This document shows, piece after piece, positions 39,796 to 49,807 of a stretch of 64,000 nucleotides of DNA. Origin of the DNA: an uncultured Verrucomicrobiae bacterium. Lineage in GTDB: Bacteria; Verrucomicrobiota; Verrucomicrobiia; Chthoniobacterales; Chthoniobacteraceae. A model generated the notes under the pieces. That model made no database searches. It was not told where the DNA came from and saw only the letters and a program-made list of their open reading frames with translations. The DNA lies in NCBI GenBank assembly GCA_963769025.1, contig CAVYKI010000012.1, positions 537,151 to 601,150 of the forward strand. Reading direction: 5' to 3'. Within the stretch, counting starts at the first letter, position 1, and each line of letters begins with the position of its first letter. Both the position numbers and the translations under genes were made by a program.

Positions 39796-40266
39796 TTAGC
39801 CGGCTCGATGAAGCTTCGCCTGCCGGAAGGCTTCGCGCGGATCGGAGGTCGCGGGTTGGAAGTCGCCGCGGATGATCCGCAACGCGGTCCGCTCGAGATC
39901 GATCTCCCGCGCGGTGCGCACTCCGCGCTTGCGAAAGATCGGCAAGGGCGGACACCAGCCTTGCAGCGCGTGCTGGAGCAGGAACGCCGCGATCACGACG
40001 GGGAAGAGGAACCACTTGCGATTCACGGAAAAGCCAAGGGTCAGCGCGACCAGCGCGAGGGTGGCCGCGTTGGCTTCGAGCGTGCGCTCGATGTCCCACT
40101 CGCGATCGAGCTCCTGCAGGCGGTTCGCGATGGCCTCCGATCCGAGCGCGGCGAGACGCACCACGTTCTCCTCGGTCGTTTGCTCGATCTGCCGGTTAAT
40201 CTCGTCCGGCGTGCTCTCCTCCACGCGAGTAGATGTGGCCGGGAGATTGTGCGTGAGCGTGCTCAT
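39796..40266 (-). CDS. DUF2892/YgaP-like membrane protein
   Basis: EWDIER.L and FLLQHALQGWCPP. Confidence 0.75.
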   Translation of the reverse strand: MSTLTHNLPATSTRVEESTPDEINRQIEQTTEENVVRLAALGSEAIANRLQELDREWDIERTLEANAATLALVALTLGFSVNRKWFLFPVVIAAFLLQHALQGWCPPLPIFRKRGVRTAREIDLERTALRIIRGDFQPATSDPREAFRQAKLHRAG

Positions 40267-40272
40267 CGCGGA

Positions 40273-40863
40273 TCACCTCGGATAGACGCGCTGGAGGAAG
40301 AACAGCCCGACCGACAAAAGGATCGCGGCCGCGTAAGCGAAAGGCAGGCGCGGGATGTGGAGCAGGTCGGGGATGGTCAGCTTTCCTTTCTCGCCCCACG
40401 TCTCGACGGTCTTCTTCAGCCAGCCGGACATCTCCGCGAACAGGTAGGAGCCAGCCATCAGCCCGGCCATGCCGAAGAGGACATCCCAGCTTCCCTGGCC
40501 GAGCGCCGCGGCGCCGGTGCCGGGGCAGTAAGCGAGCAACGCAAACCCAGCGCCGAAGAGCAGCCCGCCGATGGTCTGTGCGCCGATGCGGGTCGGCTTG
40601 ATGTGCAGGTTGACCTTCGCGAAGTGGTTTAGCGTGAAGATGCCGACCATGCCGACGACCACGGCGGTCATCATGATTTTCACGACCGTGAAATCCTGAA
40701 GCAGGAGCTGACCGATCAGGACGTTGTATTTGGCCACGCCGCCTTTCTGCAGCAGGAAGCCGAAGGCGAGACCGAACACGATCGCGGTCAGGATCTTCTT
40801 CCCGCTGGGGCCTTCGTTCGAAGGCTCACTCGACTCTTTCACTGCTTTGCCGGGATCGATCAT
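40273..40863 (-). CDS. YeeE/YedE family sulfur transporter subunit
   Basis: GLAFGFLLQKG, DFTVVKIM and GFALLAYCPGT. Confidence 0.88.
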   Translation of the reverse strand: MIDPGKAVKESSEPSNEGPSGKKILTAIVFGLAFGFLLQKGGVAKYNVLIGQLLLQDFTVVKIMMTAVVVGMVGIFTLNHFAKVNLHIKPTRIGAQTIGGLLFGAGFALLAYCPGTGAAALGQGSWDVLFGMAGLMAGSYLFAEMSGWLKKTVETWGEKGKLTIPDLLHIPRLPFAYAAAILLSVGLFFLQRVYPR

Positions 40864-41450
40864 AGGACGGTGTAGAGGAGCATCGCGGTGGCGATGCCGG
40901 CGATGAACATGCAGATGACGGTGAGCCAGGAGCCGACGTTGAGCTGGAGGGTGCCGGAGATGCCGTGGCCGCTGGTGCAACCGCCCGCGAGGCGCGCGCC
41001 AAAGGCCATCAGCAGGCCGCCCGCGAAGCCGATGATACCGCGCAGCCCCATGCTGTTTTCGCCGAACTTATCGACCCACATCGGGTGCAGCCATTCGTTC
41101 TTGAACTCGCCACCCGTCATCGCCGCGATCACGGCGCCGACGATGGTGAAGACGACAAAGATGAAGCCCCAGTCCACCGCCGGCGGATTGTCTTTGTAGT
41201 AAGGCAGTGACTCCGTGTGTTTCGGCGCAACGGTCTTTCCGACAAAGCCCGCGAGCGTGGCGTAGAAGGACGACGCGCCGATGGTTTTGTCGGCGAAGTA
41301 GAACGTCAGCCACGAGAGCACGCCGATCGCGCCGCCGACGATGTAAGGCGACCAGGCCGGGCCGTCGTAACTCGTCGCATCCACTCCGAAGTCTGCCGCG
41401 CGGGCAAGCGACGGCAGCACGAGCAGCGCAGCGATGAGCAGTCGGCTCAT
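40860..41450 (-). CDS. YeeE/YedE family sulfur transporter subunit
   Basis: WSPYIVG and FGARLAGGCTSGHGISG. Confidence 0.88.
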   Translation of the reverse strand: MSRLLIAALLVLPSLARAADFGVDATSYDGPAWSPYIVGGAIGVLSWLTFYFADKTIGASSFYATLAGFVGKTVAPKHTESLPYYKDNPPAVDWGFIFVVFTIVGAVIAAMTGGEFKNEWLHPMWVDKFGENSMGLRGIIGFAGGLLMAFGARLAGGCTSGHGISGTLQLNVGSWLTVICMFIAGIATAMLLYTVL

Positions 41451-42853
41451 TTTCCGTCTCCTCCCTCGATGGGATATTTCGCCTTCTTCCACGCCTGCCA
41501 GCTTCCGGGAATGTTGCAGACGCACTTGAAGCCTTCCTGCTTGAGGATGCTCGTCCCGATGCTCGCGCGGTAACCGCTGTCGCAATAGACCGCGGTCGGC
41601 TTGCGTCGCATCGAGTTCGCCGATCTTTTTTCGCAGCTCGGGCAGGAACAGGTAATGCGCGCCGGGCACGTGGCCGCTCTCCCATTCGGACGGCGACCGC
41701 ACATCGACGATCTGCAAGCGCGAGCCCGCGTCCTTCACCTCATGCACCGTCATCTGGCCGACTTCTTCCAACTCGAATCCTGCGTTATCCCACGCCTTCA
41801 TCCCGCCCGCGAGATAGCCGGCGAACTTGGTGTAACCCGTGCGCAGGTAGGGTTTCACGACCTCGTCGATCTTACTGTCGTCATCGATCACGAGCAGGAT
41901 TGGTTCGTCGGGCTCGAGCAACCAACCGGCCCAGATGGAGGCCATCGGCGAGTGGCCGATATTGAGCGCGCCTTTGATGTGACCGCCGCCGAAGGCGAGC
42001 ATCATCCGGGTATCGATGAGCACACCTTCCTTCTTCTCGATCGCTTCCTTGAAGGCCTTCGGCGGGAGCGCCGGGACGCGCGGCAGATTGCCGAGAATCT
42101 CGGGACCCTTGGCGTTCACCTTTTTCATCCGCGGATAATAGGTCGGCACCGGCGGCGCGCTGTCGTGGGCGTGCTTCTTGAACTTCTCGTAGTCCGGGAT
42201 CTGGAGATACGGGTTGAACTTCCGCTCGTGGCCGATGGTGCTTTGCAGGCGGTCGCCAATGTCGGCGCCGCACGGCGAGCCGTGACCGTGCGCGGGGAAG
42301 ATCATCACGCTGTCCGGCAGGGTGAGGAAGTAGTCGCGCAGCGTGTGAAAGAGCTGCTTCGTCAGCTTCTCCGTCTCGCTCGAGCCCAGCAGATCCGGTC
42401 GGCCCGCGGAGTTGACGAACAAGCGAGTCGCCCGTGAGCACGCCCCACGGCGTGTCGGCGTGATCCTTCTCCGCGACGACATAACTCACATGCTCCGGCG
42501 TATGACCTGGCGTGTGCCGGACGGTGACGATCGTCTTGCCAAAGGTGAACTGATCGCCGTCCGCGATCTTTTCATGATCGAAGCCGTATTTCGCGTCTTC
42601 CTCGTGGCTCACGAAAATCTTCGCGGACTTCACGCGATCGCAGAGTTCCCGCGCGCCGCTGACCAAGATCCGCGTGGATGTGCGTCTCGAAGATATGCGT
42701 GATCGAGACCTTCTTCTCGCGGGCCAGTTCGACGTATTTCTCCACATCGGGTGTGGGATCGAACACCGCTGCCACGCCGTCGCTATCGTCGCCGAGCATG
42801 TAAGAAAGCTCTGCGATGCCTTCGGTTTGGATGCGTTCAAAGATGAGTGCCAT
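41447..42853 (-). CDS. MBL-fold persulfide dioxygenase fused to two rhodanese domains, frameshifted
   Basis: ETHIHAD, HTPGHTPEH, GRPDL, PAHG.GS.CG and YCDSGYRAS. Confidence 0.88.
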
Positions 42854-42864
42854 GGGAGTTTTGG

Positions 42865-43426
42865 TTAGGGTTGCGAGGTTGCGGATTCGGGGTGAGAGCG
42901 GCGGGAGAAGAGGCGCAGAGCCACGGTCGCGAGCACGATGGCTCCGACGAAAATCCAGGGAGACAGTCCTGTGACCTGCGGCAACGTGACCTTGCCCCAG
43001 TCGCCCCACGCCTTGGTGAGCGATTGCAGCGCCGGGAACGCCGCGACATACGCGAGGGCGCCCACGAGCATGCCGCCGACGCCGACCATGGCATCGCGCC
43101 GCCCTTCCCCGCAGGCGGCGACACTGGTCCCGGGACAGTAGCCAAAGATCGCCATGCCGATTCCGAAAAGCACGCCGCCGATGATCACCGGCGCGAACGC
43201 CGCAGGCTTGATGTGCAGCGTGGTCCAGCCCATCTGGACCATCGCCCAGACTCCGACCGCGCCGACTGCCACGGCGGTGAGCATGATCTTCACGACCGTC
43301 CAATCCGTGAAAAGGAACTGGCCCATGATGACCCGGAACTTCGCCGCACGTCCCTTTTGCAGCAGGATGCCGAAGAGGATGCCCGGTGAACAGACCGAGC
43401 ACGAGTTTGAGAGGTTCTTCAAACAT
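42865..43426 (-). CDS. YeeE/YedE family subunit (second pair), frameshifted
   Basis: LFGILLQKG, DWTVVKIM and GYCPGT. Confidence 0.85.
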
Positions 43427-43962
43427 GGCTGCGGCCCTCCTTTCCATAGAGCGCGAACGCCGCCGCAGCGCCGCCCGCGAAGATCAGGACAGACAAAAAT
43501 CCAGCTCGATAAGGCCAGTTGCAGCGCCCCGCTGATCCCGTGTCCGCTCGTGCAACCCTGCGCCATCCGCGCGCCAAACATCATCAGCGCCCCGCCAAAA
43601 AACGCCCCGGCAAAACGCTTCCCAACGCTCGGCCCGAACCGCCAATTCCAAAGCGGCGGCACCTTCCGCTCCTCGCGATCATTCCCCATCCGCGCACTCA
43701 CCCACGCGCCGATGAACACGCCGATCACCAGCATCCATTCCCAGTCGATCTTCGGGGCCTTTCCTTCCGCCGTCTTCTTCTCGATCAGCGGCTCCGCAAC
43801 TGCCGGTGCAGCCGCGCGTTCAGTCAGCGCCGCTGTATTTTCAAACGCCGTGGTGACGCCGATAGGATGATTCGCCGTGGCGAACGCGAACCAGCTCAGC
43901 ACACCAATTCCCACGCCCACCACATAGGGCGACCACGATTTCATTTTTAGGGGATTCTGCAT
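43419..43962 (-). CDS. YeeE/YedE family subunit (second pair), frameshifted
   Basis: WSPYVVG and FGARMAQGCTSGHGISG. Confidence 0.85.
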
Positions 43963-44013
43963 AAAGATGTAGGGGTTCCTTTCTCAATATAACCATCGCG
44001 ACATGTAAGTATC

Positions 44014-44370
44014 GTGGCTGCAAAAAAAACGCCCTTAGACCCGAATCAGATTTCTCCTGACCTGCTTGAGTTCATCGCAGGCCGCTTCAAGCTGCTGTCA
44101 GAGCCGATGCGGTTGCGAATTTTGCACACACTCCAACGTGGCGAACGGAACGTGACGCAGATCATCGCGGCAACCGGCGCGAGCCAGGCAAACGTGTCCA
44201 AGCATCTCGCCCTCCTCAGCCGAGCGGAAATGGTCGGCCGCCGTAAGGAAGGCCTGAACGTCTTTTACTCGATCAGCGATCCGGTCATTTTCGAACTCTG
44301 CGACCTCGTCTGCAACAAGCTGCGAGACACCGTCGTCATTCGCTCCACCCGAACAGGGACCGGCAAATAA
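44014..44370 (+). CDS. ArsR/SmtB family regulator (paralog of 33499)
   Basis: FKLLSEPMRLRIL, QANVSKHL and IFELCDLVC. Confidence 0.92.
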   Translation: MAAKKTPLDPNQISPDLLEFIAGRFKLLSEPMRLRILHTLQRGERNVTQIIAATGASQANVSKHLALLSRAEMVGRRKEGLNVFYSISDPVIFELCDLVCNKLRDTVVIRSTRTGTGK

Positions 44371-44413
44371 ATCGGTTGTTCTGTCGCTGGGGGTTGACGC
44401 TGCGAGACTCTGC

Positions 44414-44623
44414 ATGAACGACACCGCTTCTGCGCCAACTCTCGTCCGCAAAAAGAAACTCGCCCAACTTCTCGGAGTATCGCCACGCACCGTGGATACG
44501 TGGGTGGCAAGTGGCGTCATTCCTTACCTCGCACCGAGTGCGCGCCTTCATCTATTCGACCCGGCACAGGTGAAGTCCGTGCTCACGTCGAAGTTCGGGT
44601 TCACGCCCAAAGCGACGAGCTAA
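44414..44623 (+). CDS. Excisionase-like helix-turn-helix protein
   Basis: KKLAQLLGVSPRTVDTWV..G.IPY; 69 aa. Confidence 0.75.
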   Translation: MNDTASAPTLVRKKKLAQLLGVSPRTVDTWVASGVIPYLAPSARLHLFDPAQVKSVLTSKFGFTPKATS

Positions 44624-44643
44624 GGCGACGACCATGTGCGACT

Positions 44644-44982
44644 CTATCGACCGTTACGTGAGCTCTCAGCGCGAATCTCACGGCCACCATCAGCGCCCAA
44701 CCGCTGGTAGATCTGCTCCAGGATCGCGGAGTTTTGGGCGATGATCTCGCTGCTCTTGGTCAGGGCCGCGACCATCTCGGCATTGGCCGTTTTGAGGTGC
44801 TGCTCAAACTCGGTGCGCGTCGCGACGATTTCTCGCTGAAGCTCCTCGACCTGACGCATGAAATACTGCGCGAGAAACCGGATCGTGATCAGGCCGATGA
44901 CCAGTAGCGCGATGAACATCCAGCGGTCGTCCTGATGGGAGGCGTGGTCGATGGTCTTGAGCGTTTCGTCGAGCGGAGGCAT
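44644..44982 (-). CDS. Hypothetical single-TM coiled-coil protein
   Basis: One hydrophobic helix followed by a heptad-like segment; preceded by TTGACA-N13-ATG. Confidence 0.6.
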   Translation of the reverse strand: MPPLDETLKTIDHASHQDDRWMFIALLVIGLITIRFLAQYFMRQVEELQREIVATRTEFEQHLKTANAEMVAALTKSSEIIAQNSAILEQIYQRLGADGGREIRAESSRNGR

Positions 44983-45131
44983 GACCGCGAGAGCGTGTCA
45001 AAGTGGGGCGCGAGCGCGCTGTGAGAGTCGCCATTTTTAGTTTCCCGAATTGCTGTGAAGCTCGGCGTTGCCGCGGCCTTTTACGCAAGATGCCACTCGC
45101 CCATTCCCGAATGCGCAGATAAACATTTAGC

Positions 45132-48100
45132 GTGCCTATTCCGCCAAATGCCAATTCAACGCCAGTCGCATCCGCGACCGCGCAAGATGGGCTTCCCGGA
45201 ATCGCGCCCGATGTGGGGGAGGAAGAACGGGCGGATGAGATCGACAACGCGGTGCCGGCGGCGGGTTATGGGATGCTGCCACTCGTCGGGCTGGGAGGTT
45301 CGGCGGGGAGCATCGGGGCGATTCAGGAGTTTTTTAAGTCGATGCCGACGGACTCGGGCATGGCTTTCGTGGTCATCCTGCATCTCTCGCCGGATCATGT
45401 GAGCACGCTGCCGGAGATGTTTCAGCGCTCGACGACGATGCGGGTGATCGCGGCCACGGACGGCGCAGCGGTGGAGGCGAATTGCGTCTATGTCATCCCG
45501 GCCGGGAAGCACCTCTCCTCGACCGATGGGCACCTGCGGCTCACCGAGGCCGCGCATCCGAACGGGAAGCGCGTGGCGGTGGATGTCTTTTTTCGCACGC
45601 TGGCGGATACGCACGGGCCGAGGTCGGTGGCGATTGTGCTTTCCGGGGCGGATGGCGACGGCGCGATCGGGATCAAGCGGATCAAGGAGCGCGGCGGGCT
45701 GACCATCGCGCAAGATCCGGACGAGGCAGAGCATTCAGGCATGCCGCGTTCGGCGATCGCGACGGGGATGGTGGATTGGGTGTTGAAGGTGCAGGAAATG
45801 CCGGCGCGGCTGCTTGCCTATCGCGAGCGCGGCGAGGGATTGAAGTTGCCGACGGAGGACGGGCCGCACCCGACCGAGAGTTCGGTGCCGCCGTCGAGCG
45901 TGGACGAAGCCGCCTTGCGCGACATCCTCGCGTTTCTGCACACGAAAACGGCGTGCGACTTCTCCTACTACAAACGCGCGACGATCCTGCGCCGCATCGC
46001 GCGGCGGATGCAGGTGAATGGGCTCGACGATCTGCCGGGCTACCTCGTCCACATGCGGACGCACACCGGCGAGGCCCGCGCGCTGTTGCAGGATTTGCTG
46101 ATCGCGGTGACGAATTTTTTCCGCGACCGCGATGCTTTCGAGGCGCTGGAGCGCATGATTCCGGCGCTCTTCAAAGACAAGGGTCCGGGTGACACCGTGC
46201 GCGTCTGGGTGGCGGCGTGCGCGACGGGCGAGGAGGCGTATTCCGTCGCCATGCTTCTCTGCGAATACGCGCGCACGCAGGAGGCGTCGCCGCAGCTTCA
46301 GGTGTTTGCCACCGATCTCGATGACGAGGTGATCCGCAGTGCACGCGAAGGTTTCTACCCGGAAACGATCTCGGCGGATGTGAGCGAAGACCGGCTGCGC
46401 CGCTACTTTGTCCATGAGGCGCACGGCTACCGCGTGCGGCGGGAGGTGCGCGAGATCGTGCTCTTTGCGCCGCACGATTTGTTAAAGGATTCGCCTTTCT
46501 CGCGGCTCGATCTGGTCACGTGCCGGAACCTTCTCATCTACCTGAATCGCGATGCGCAAAAGCGGGCGCTCGAAGTTTTCCACTTCGCGCTGCGGCCCGG
46601 CGGCGTCCTGTTTCTGGGTAACTCGGAGACGGTGGAAGATGGGAGCGCGCTCTTTGCGGTCACCGATAAAAAGCATCGAATCTATCTCCAGCGACCGGGG
46701 CCGCGCGGTCCACTGCGGGTGCCGGAGGGGGCAAGCACGCTGGCGCGGGCGCTGAAAATCCAGGAGCGAACGCGCGAGCGGCCGACCCTGCCGCGGCGCG
46801 TGACCGTGGATGGCGTGGGCACGGAGGCCGACGAGAGCGGCGCGGAGATCCTGGCTTCCGGCGTTTCGGCGGTTGACCTGCATCACCGCTTTATTGCGCG
46901 CCTTTCCCCGCCCTCGATCCTCGTCAATGCCGACCACGAAATCGTGCATGTCTCGGAGACCGCGGGGCGCTTCCTGCAATATCCCAGCGGCGAGCCGACG
47001 CGGAATGTGCTGCGCGCGGTGCATCCGGCGCTGCGCATCGATCTGCGGGCCGCGCTTTACGCCGCGGCGCAGAGCCGCGAGCCGGCCACGGCGCACGGCG
47101 TGAGTTTTGAGACGAGCGAAGGGCAGAGCATCGTGGACATCCGGGTGAGTCCCGCGGATGACCTTGCCGCGGATTTTCTGCTCGTCGCATTCATCGCCCA
47201 TGACGCGTCCAGCGGCGCGGCGCCGGGGGTGACGAGGAGTGCGGAGGTCGATGAAGTCTCACGGCATCTCGAGCACGCGCTGGAGACGACGAAGGGGCAA
47301 TTGCGCGAGACCATCGAGCAGGCCGATGCCTCCACCGAAGAGCTGAAGGCGAGCAACGAAGAGCTTCAGGCAATGAACGAAGAACTGCGCTCCGCGACCG
47401 AAGAACTGGAGACGAGCCGCGAGGAGCTGCACTCGGTCAACGAGGAGTTGACCGCGGTGAACCAGTCTCTGACGCAGAAGGTCGATCAGTTGGCCGATGC
47501 GAACAGCGACTTGAACAATCTGATGTCGGCGACCGACATCGCCACGGTTTTTCTCGATCGCGATCTGCGGATCATGCGCTTCACGCCATCGGCGAAGGCG
47601 CTCTTCAATTTCATCTCGACCGACATCGGCCGGCCGCTCTCCGACCTGAGCCGCAGGCTGGATTATCCAGAGATCGTCGCCGACGCCGAGCAGGCGATCG
47701 CTCATCTCAAGCCGGCGGAGCGCGAAGTCCGCGCCGGGGATTCGTATTTCCTCGCCCGGACTCTCCCGTATCGCACGGCCGACGATCGGATTGCAGGCGT
47801 CGTTTTTACCTTTCTCGACATCACGACGACGAAACAGTCCGACGAGGCGACAGCCAGGCTCGGCGCGATCGTGGAATCTTCCAGCGACGCGATCGTGGGC
47901 AAGGATTTGCGCGGCATCGTCACGAGCTGGAACGCCGGGGCGGAGGAGATCTTCGGCTACACCGCTGCTGAAATGATCGGGCAGCCGGTGGTGCGATTGA
48001 TTCCCGCGGAGCGGCAGGCCGAAGAAGTCGAGATTCTCCGGAAAATTGCGGCGGGTGAAACGATCAAGTCGTTCGAGACGGTGCGCGTGCGCAAAGATGG

Positions 48101-49727
48101 AACGAGCTTTCCGATTTCCGTCACGGTTTCCCCAATCAAGAATGCCGCGGGAAAGATCATCGGGGGCTCAAAGATCGCGCGGGATATTTCCGAGGCCAAA
48201 CACGTCGAGGACGCGCTGCGGGCGAGCGAAGAACGTTTCCGCGCCGCGGTGGCAACGGTGAGCAGCCTCATCTGGACGAACGATGCCGAGGGGATGATGA
48301 AAGGCGAGCAAGCCGGGTGGAAAAACTTTACCGGCCAGACGGAGCAGGAGTATCAGGATCACGGCTGGTCCCAAGCCGTGCATCCAGACGACGCGCAACC
48401 GACCCTCGACGCGTGGGAGCGAGCCGTAGCGGAGAAAAAAATGTTCGAGTTCGAGCACCGCCTCCGCCGTCGCGACGGGGAATGGCGGTTGTGCTCGATC
48501 CGCGCGGTGCCGCTGCTGGGGCCGGATGGCGCGATCCGCGAATGGGTCGGCGTGCATACGGACATCACGGAGCAGCGCCGGCAGGCCGACGCGTTGAAAG
48601 CCGCCAAGGAAGCGGCGGAAACGGCGAACCAGAGCAAGGATCGCTTTCTCGCTGTGCTCAGTCACGAGCTGCGGACGCCGCTCACGCCCGTGCTCATGAC
48701 GGTGAGCGCCCTGGAGCACGATCCCGATCTTCGGCCCGACTTGCGCGAAGACTTGATGATGATCAAGCGCAACGTCGAACTCGAAACGAAGCTCATCGAC
48801 GACCTTCTGGATCTCAGCCGAATTGCCAGCGGAAAGGTCGAATTGAAGAGTGAAGCGGTGGACCTCAACGACGCGGTGCGGCAAGTCTGCCGCATCTGCC
48901 AGCCGCAGCTCGTTGAACAAAACGTCCGTTTGGAAACGGATCTGGATGACGAGGTCTCCTGCATCCCCGCCGACCCGGCACGACTTCAGCAGGTGCTTTG
49001 GAACATTCTAAAAAACGCCGTGAAATTTACGCCGGCGGAAGGCGTCGTCCGCGTGAGCACGGCGCGGCTCGGTCCCGACCGCTGCGCCGTGCGTGTGCGG
49101 GACAGCGGCATCGGCATTCCGCCGGATGTCCTGCCGCGCATCTTCGACGCCTTCGAGCAAGGCGACGCGCACATCACCCGGCAATTTGGCGGCCTTGGCC
49201 TCGGCCTCGCCATCTCCCGCGCGCTCGTCGAACTGCATGGCGGCACTATCCGCGCCGAGAGCGAAGGACAAGGCAAGGGCGCTACTTTCATCATCGAACT
49301 CCCTGGCGCACCCGTTTTGCCCGCCAGCATCCCGACGGTCACTCCAGGCGGAACCAACGGCTCTGCGCAAATCCGCCTGCTCCTCGTGGAAGACCACACC
49401 GATACCGCGCGCACTCTCGCCCGGCTCCTGCGCGCGGCGGGGTTTGAAGTGGTGGCGGCGGCCGACGTGGCCAGCGCCATCGCCACCGCCGAGCGCGAGA
49501 AGTTCGACCTCCTCGTCAGCGACCTCGGTTTGCCCGATGGCGACGGCTACCAAATCATGCGCGCCGTCCGCGCCCGGCGGATCATCCCCGGCATCGCGAT
49601 GAGTGGCTACGGCATGGAGGAAGACATGCTAAAAAGTCGCGAAGCGGGTTTCACCGAACACCTCGTCAAACCCATCGACATCCCACAGCTCATTGCAGCT
49701 ATTCAAAGAGTGACCGATCGCGGGTAG
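45132..49727 (+). CDS. CheB/CheR-PAS-histidine kinase-receiver hybrid protein
   Basis: GGSAG, HLSP, ACATGEEAYS, CRNLLIY, EEL..SNEEL coil, PAS domains, SHELRTPL, GLGLGL and a C-terminal receiver. Confidence 0.95.
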   Translation: MPIPPNANSTPVASATAQDGLPGIAPDVGEEERADEIDNAVPAAGYGMLPLVGLGGSAGSIGAIQEFFKSMPTDSGMAFVVILHLSPDHVSTLPEMFQRSTTMRVIAATDGAAVEANCVYVIPAGKHLSSTDGHLRLTEAAHPNGKRVAVDVFFRTLADTHGPRSVAIVLSGADGDGAIGIKRIKERGGLTIAQDPDEAEHSGMPRSAIATGMVDWVLKVQEMPARLLAYRERGEGLKLPTEDGPHPTESSVPPSSVDEAALRDILAFLHTKTACDFSYYKRATILRRIARRMQVNGLDDLPGYLVHMRTHTGEARALLQDLLIAVTNFFRDRDAFEALERMIPALFKDKGPGDTVRVWVAACATGEEAYSVAMLLCEYARTQEASPQLQVFATDLDDEVIRSAREGFYPETISADVSEDRLRRYFVHEAHGYRVRREVREIVLFAPHDLLKDSPFSRLDLVTCRNLLIYLNRDAQKRALEVFHFALRPGGVLFLGNSETVEDGSALFAVTDKKHRIYLQRPGPRGPLRVPEGASTLARALKIQERTRERPTLPRRVTVDGVGTEADESGAEILASGVSAVDLHHRFIARLSPPSILVNADHEIVHVSETAGRFLQYPSGEPTRNVLRAVHPALRIDLRAALYAAAQSREPATAHGVSFETSEGQSIVDIRVSPADDLAADFLLVAFIAHDASSGAAPGVTRSAEVDEVSRHLEHALETTKGQLRETIEQADASTEELKASNEELQAMNEELRSATEELETSREELHSVNEELTAVNQSLTQKVDQLADANSDLNNLMSATDIATVFLDRDLRIMRFTPSAKALFNFISTDIGRPLSDLSRRLDYPEIVADAEQAIAHLKPAEREVRAGDSYFLARTLPYRTADDRIAGVVFTFLDITTTKQSDEATARLGAIVESSSDAIVGKDLRGIVTSWNAGAEEIFGYTAAEMIGQPVVRLIPAERQAEEVEILRKIAAGETIKSFETVRVRKDGTSFPISVTVSPIKNAAGKIIGGSKIARDISEAKHVEDALRASEERFRAAVATVSSLIWTNDAEGMMKGEQAGWKNFTGQTEQEYQDHGWSQAVHPDDAQPTLDAWERAVAEKKMFEFEHRLRRRDGEWRLCSIRAVPLLGPDGAIREWVGVHTDITEQRRQADALKAAKEAAETANQSKDRFLAVLSHELRTPLTPVLMTVSALEHDPDLRPDLREDLMMIKRNVELETKLIDDLLDLSRIASGKVELKSEAVDLNDAVRQVCRICQPQLVEQNVRLETDLDDEVSCIPADPARLQQVLWNILKNAVKFTPAEGVVRVSTARLGPDRCAVRVRDSGIGIPPDVLPRIFDAFEQGDAHITRQFGGLGLGLAISRALVELHGGTIRAESEGQGKGATFIIELPGAPVLPASIPTVTPGGTNGSAQIRLLLVEDHTDTARTLARLLRAAGFEVVAAADVASAIATAEREKFDLLVSDLGLPDGDGYQIMRAVRARRIIPGIAMSGYGMEEDMLKSREAGFTEHLVKPIDIPQLIAAIQRVTDRG

Positions 49728-49807
49728 ATGACAAAGAGTCGAGTCTGAGTAGAAAGGACGAGCGTTCGAGGCTCAGAGAGCGTTGTGTGCGTAACTGAGC
49801 GAGAATG

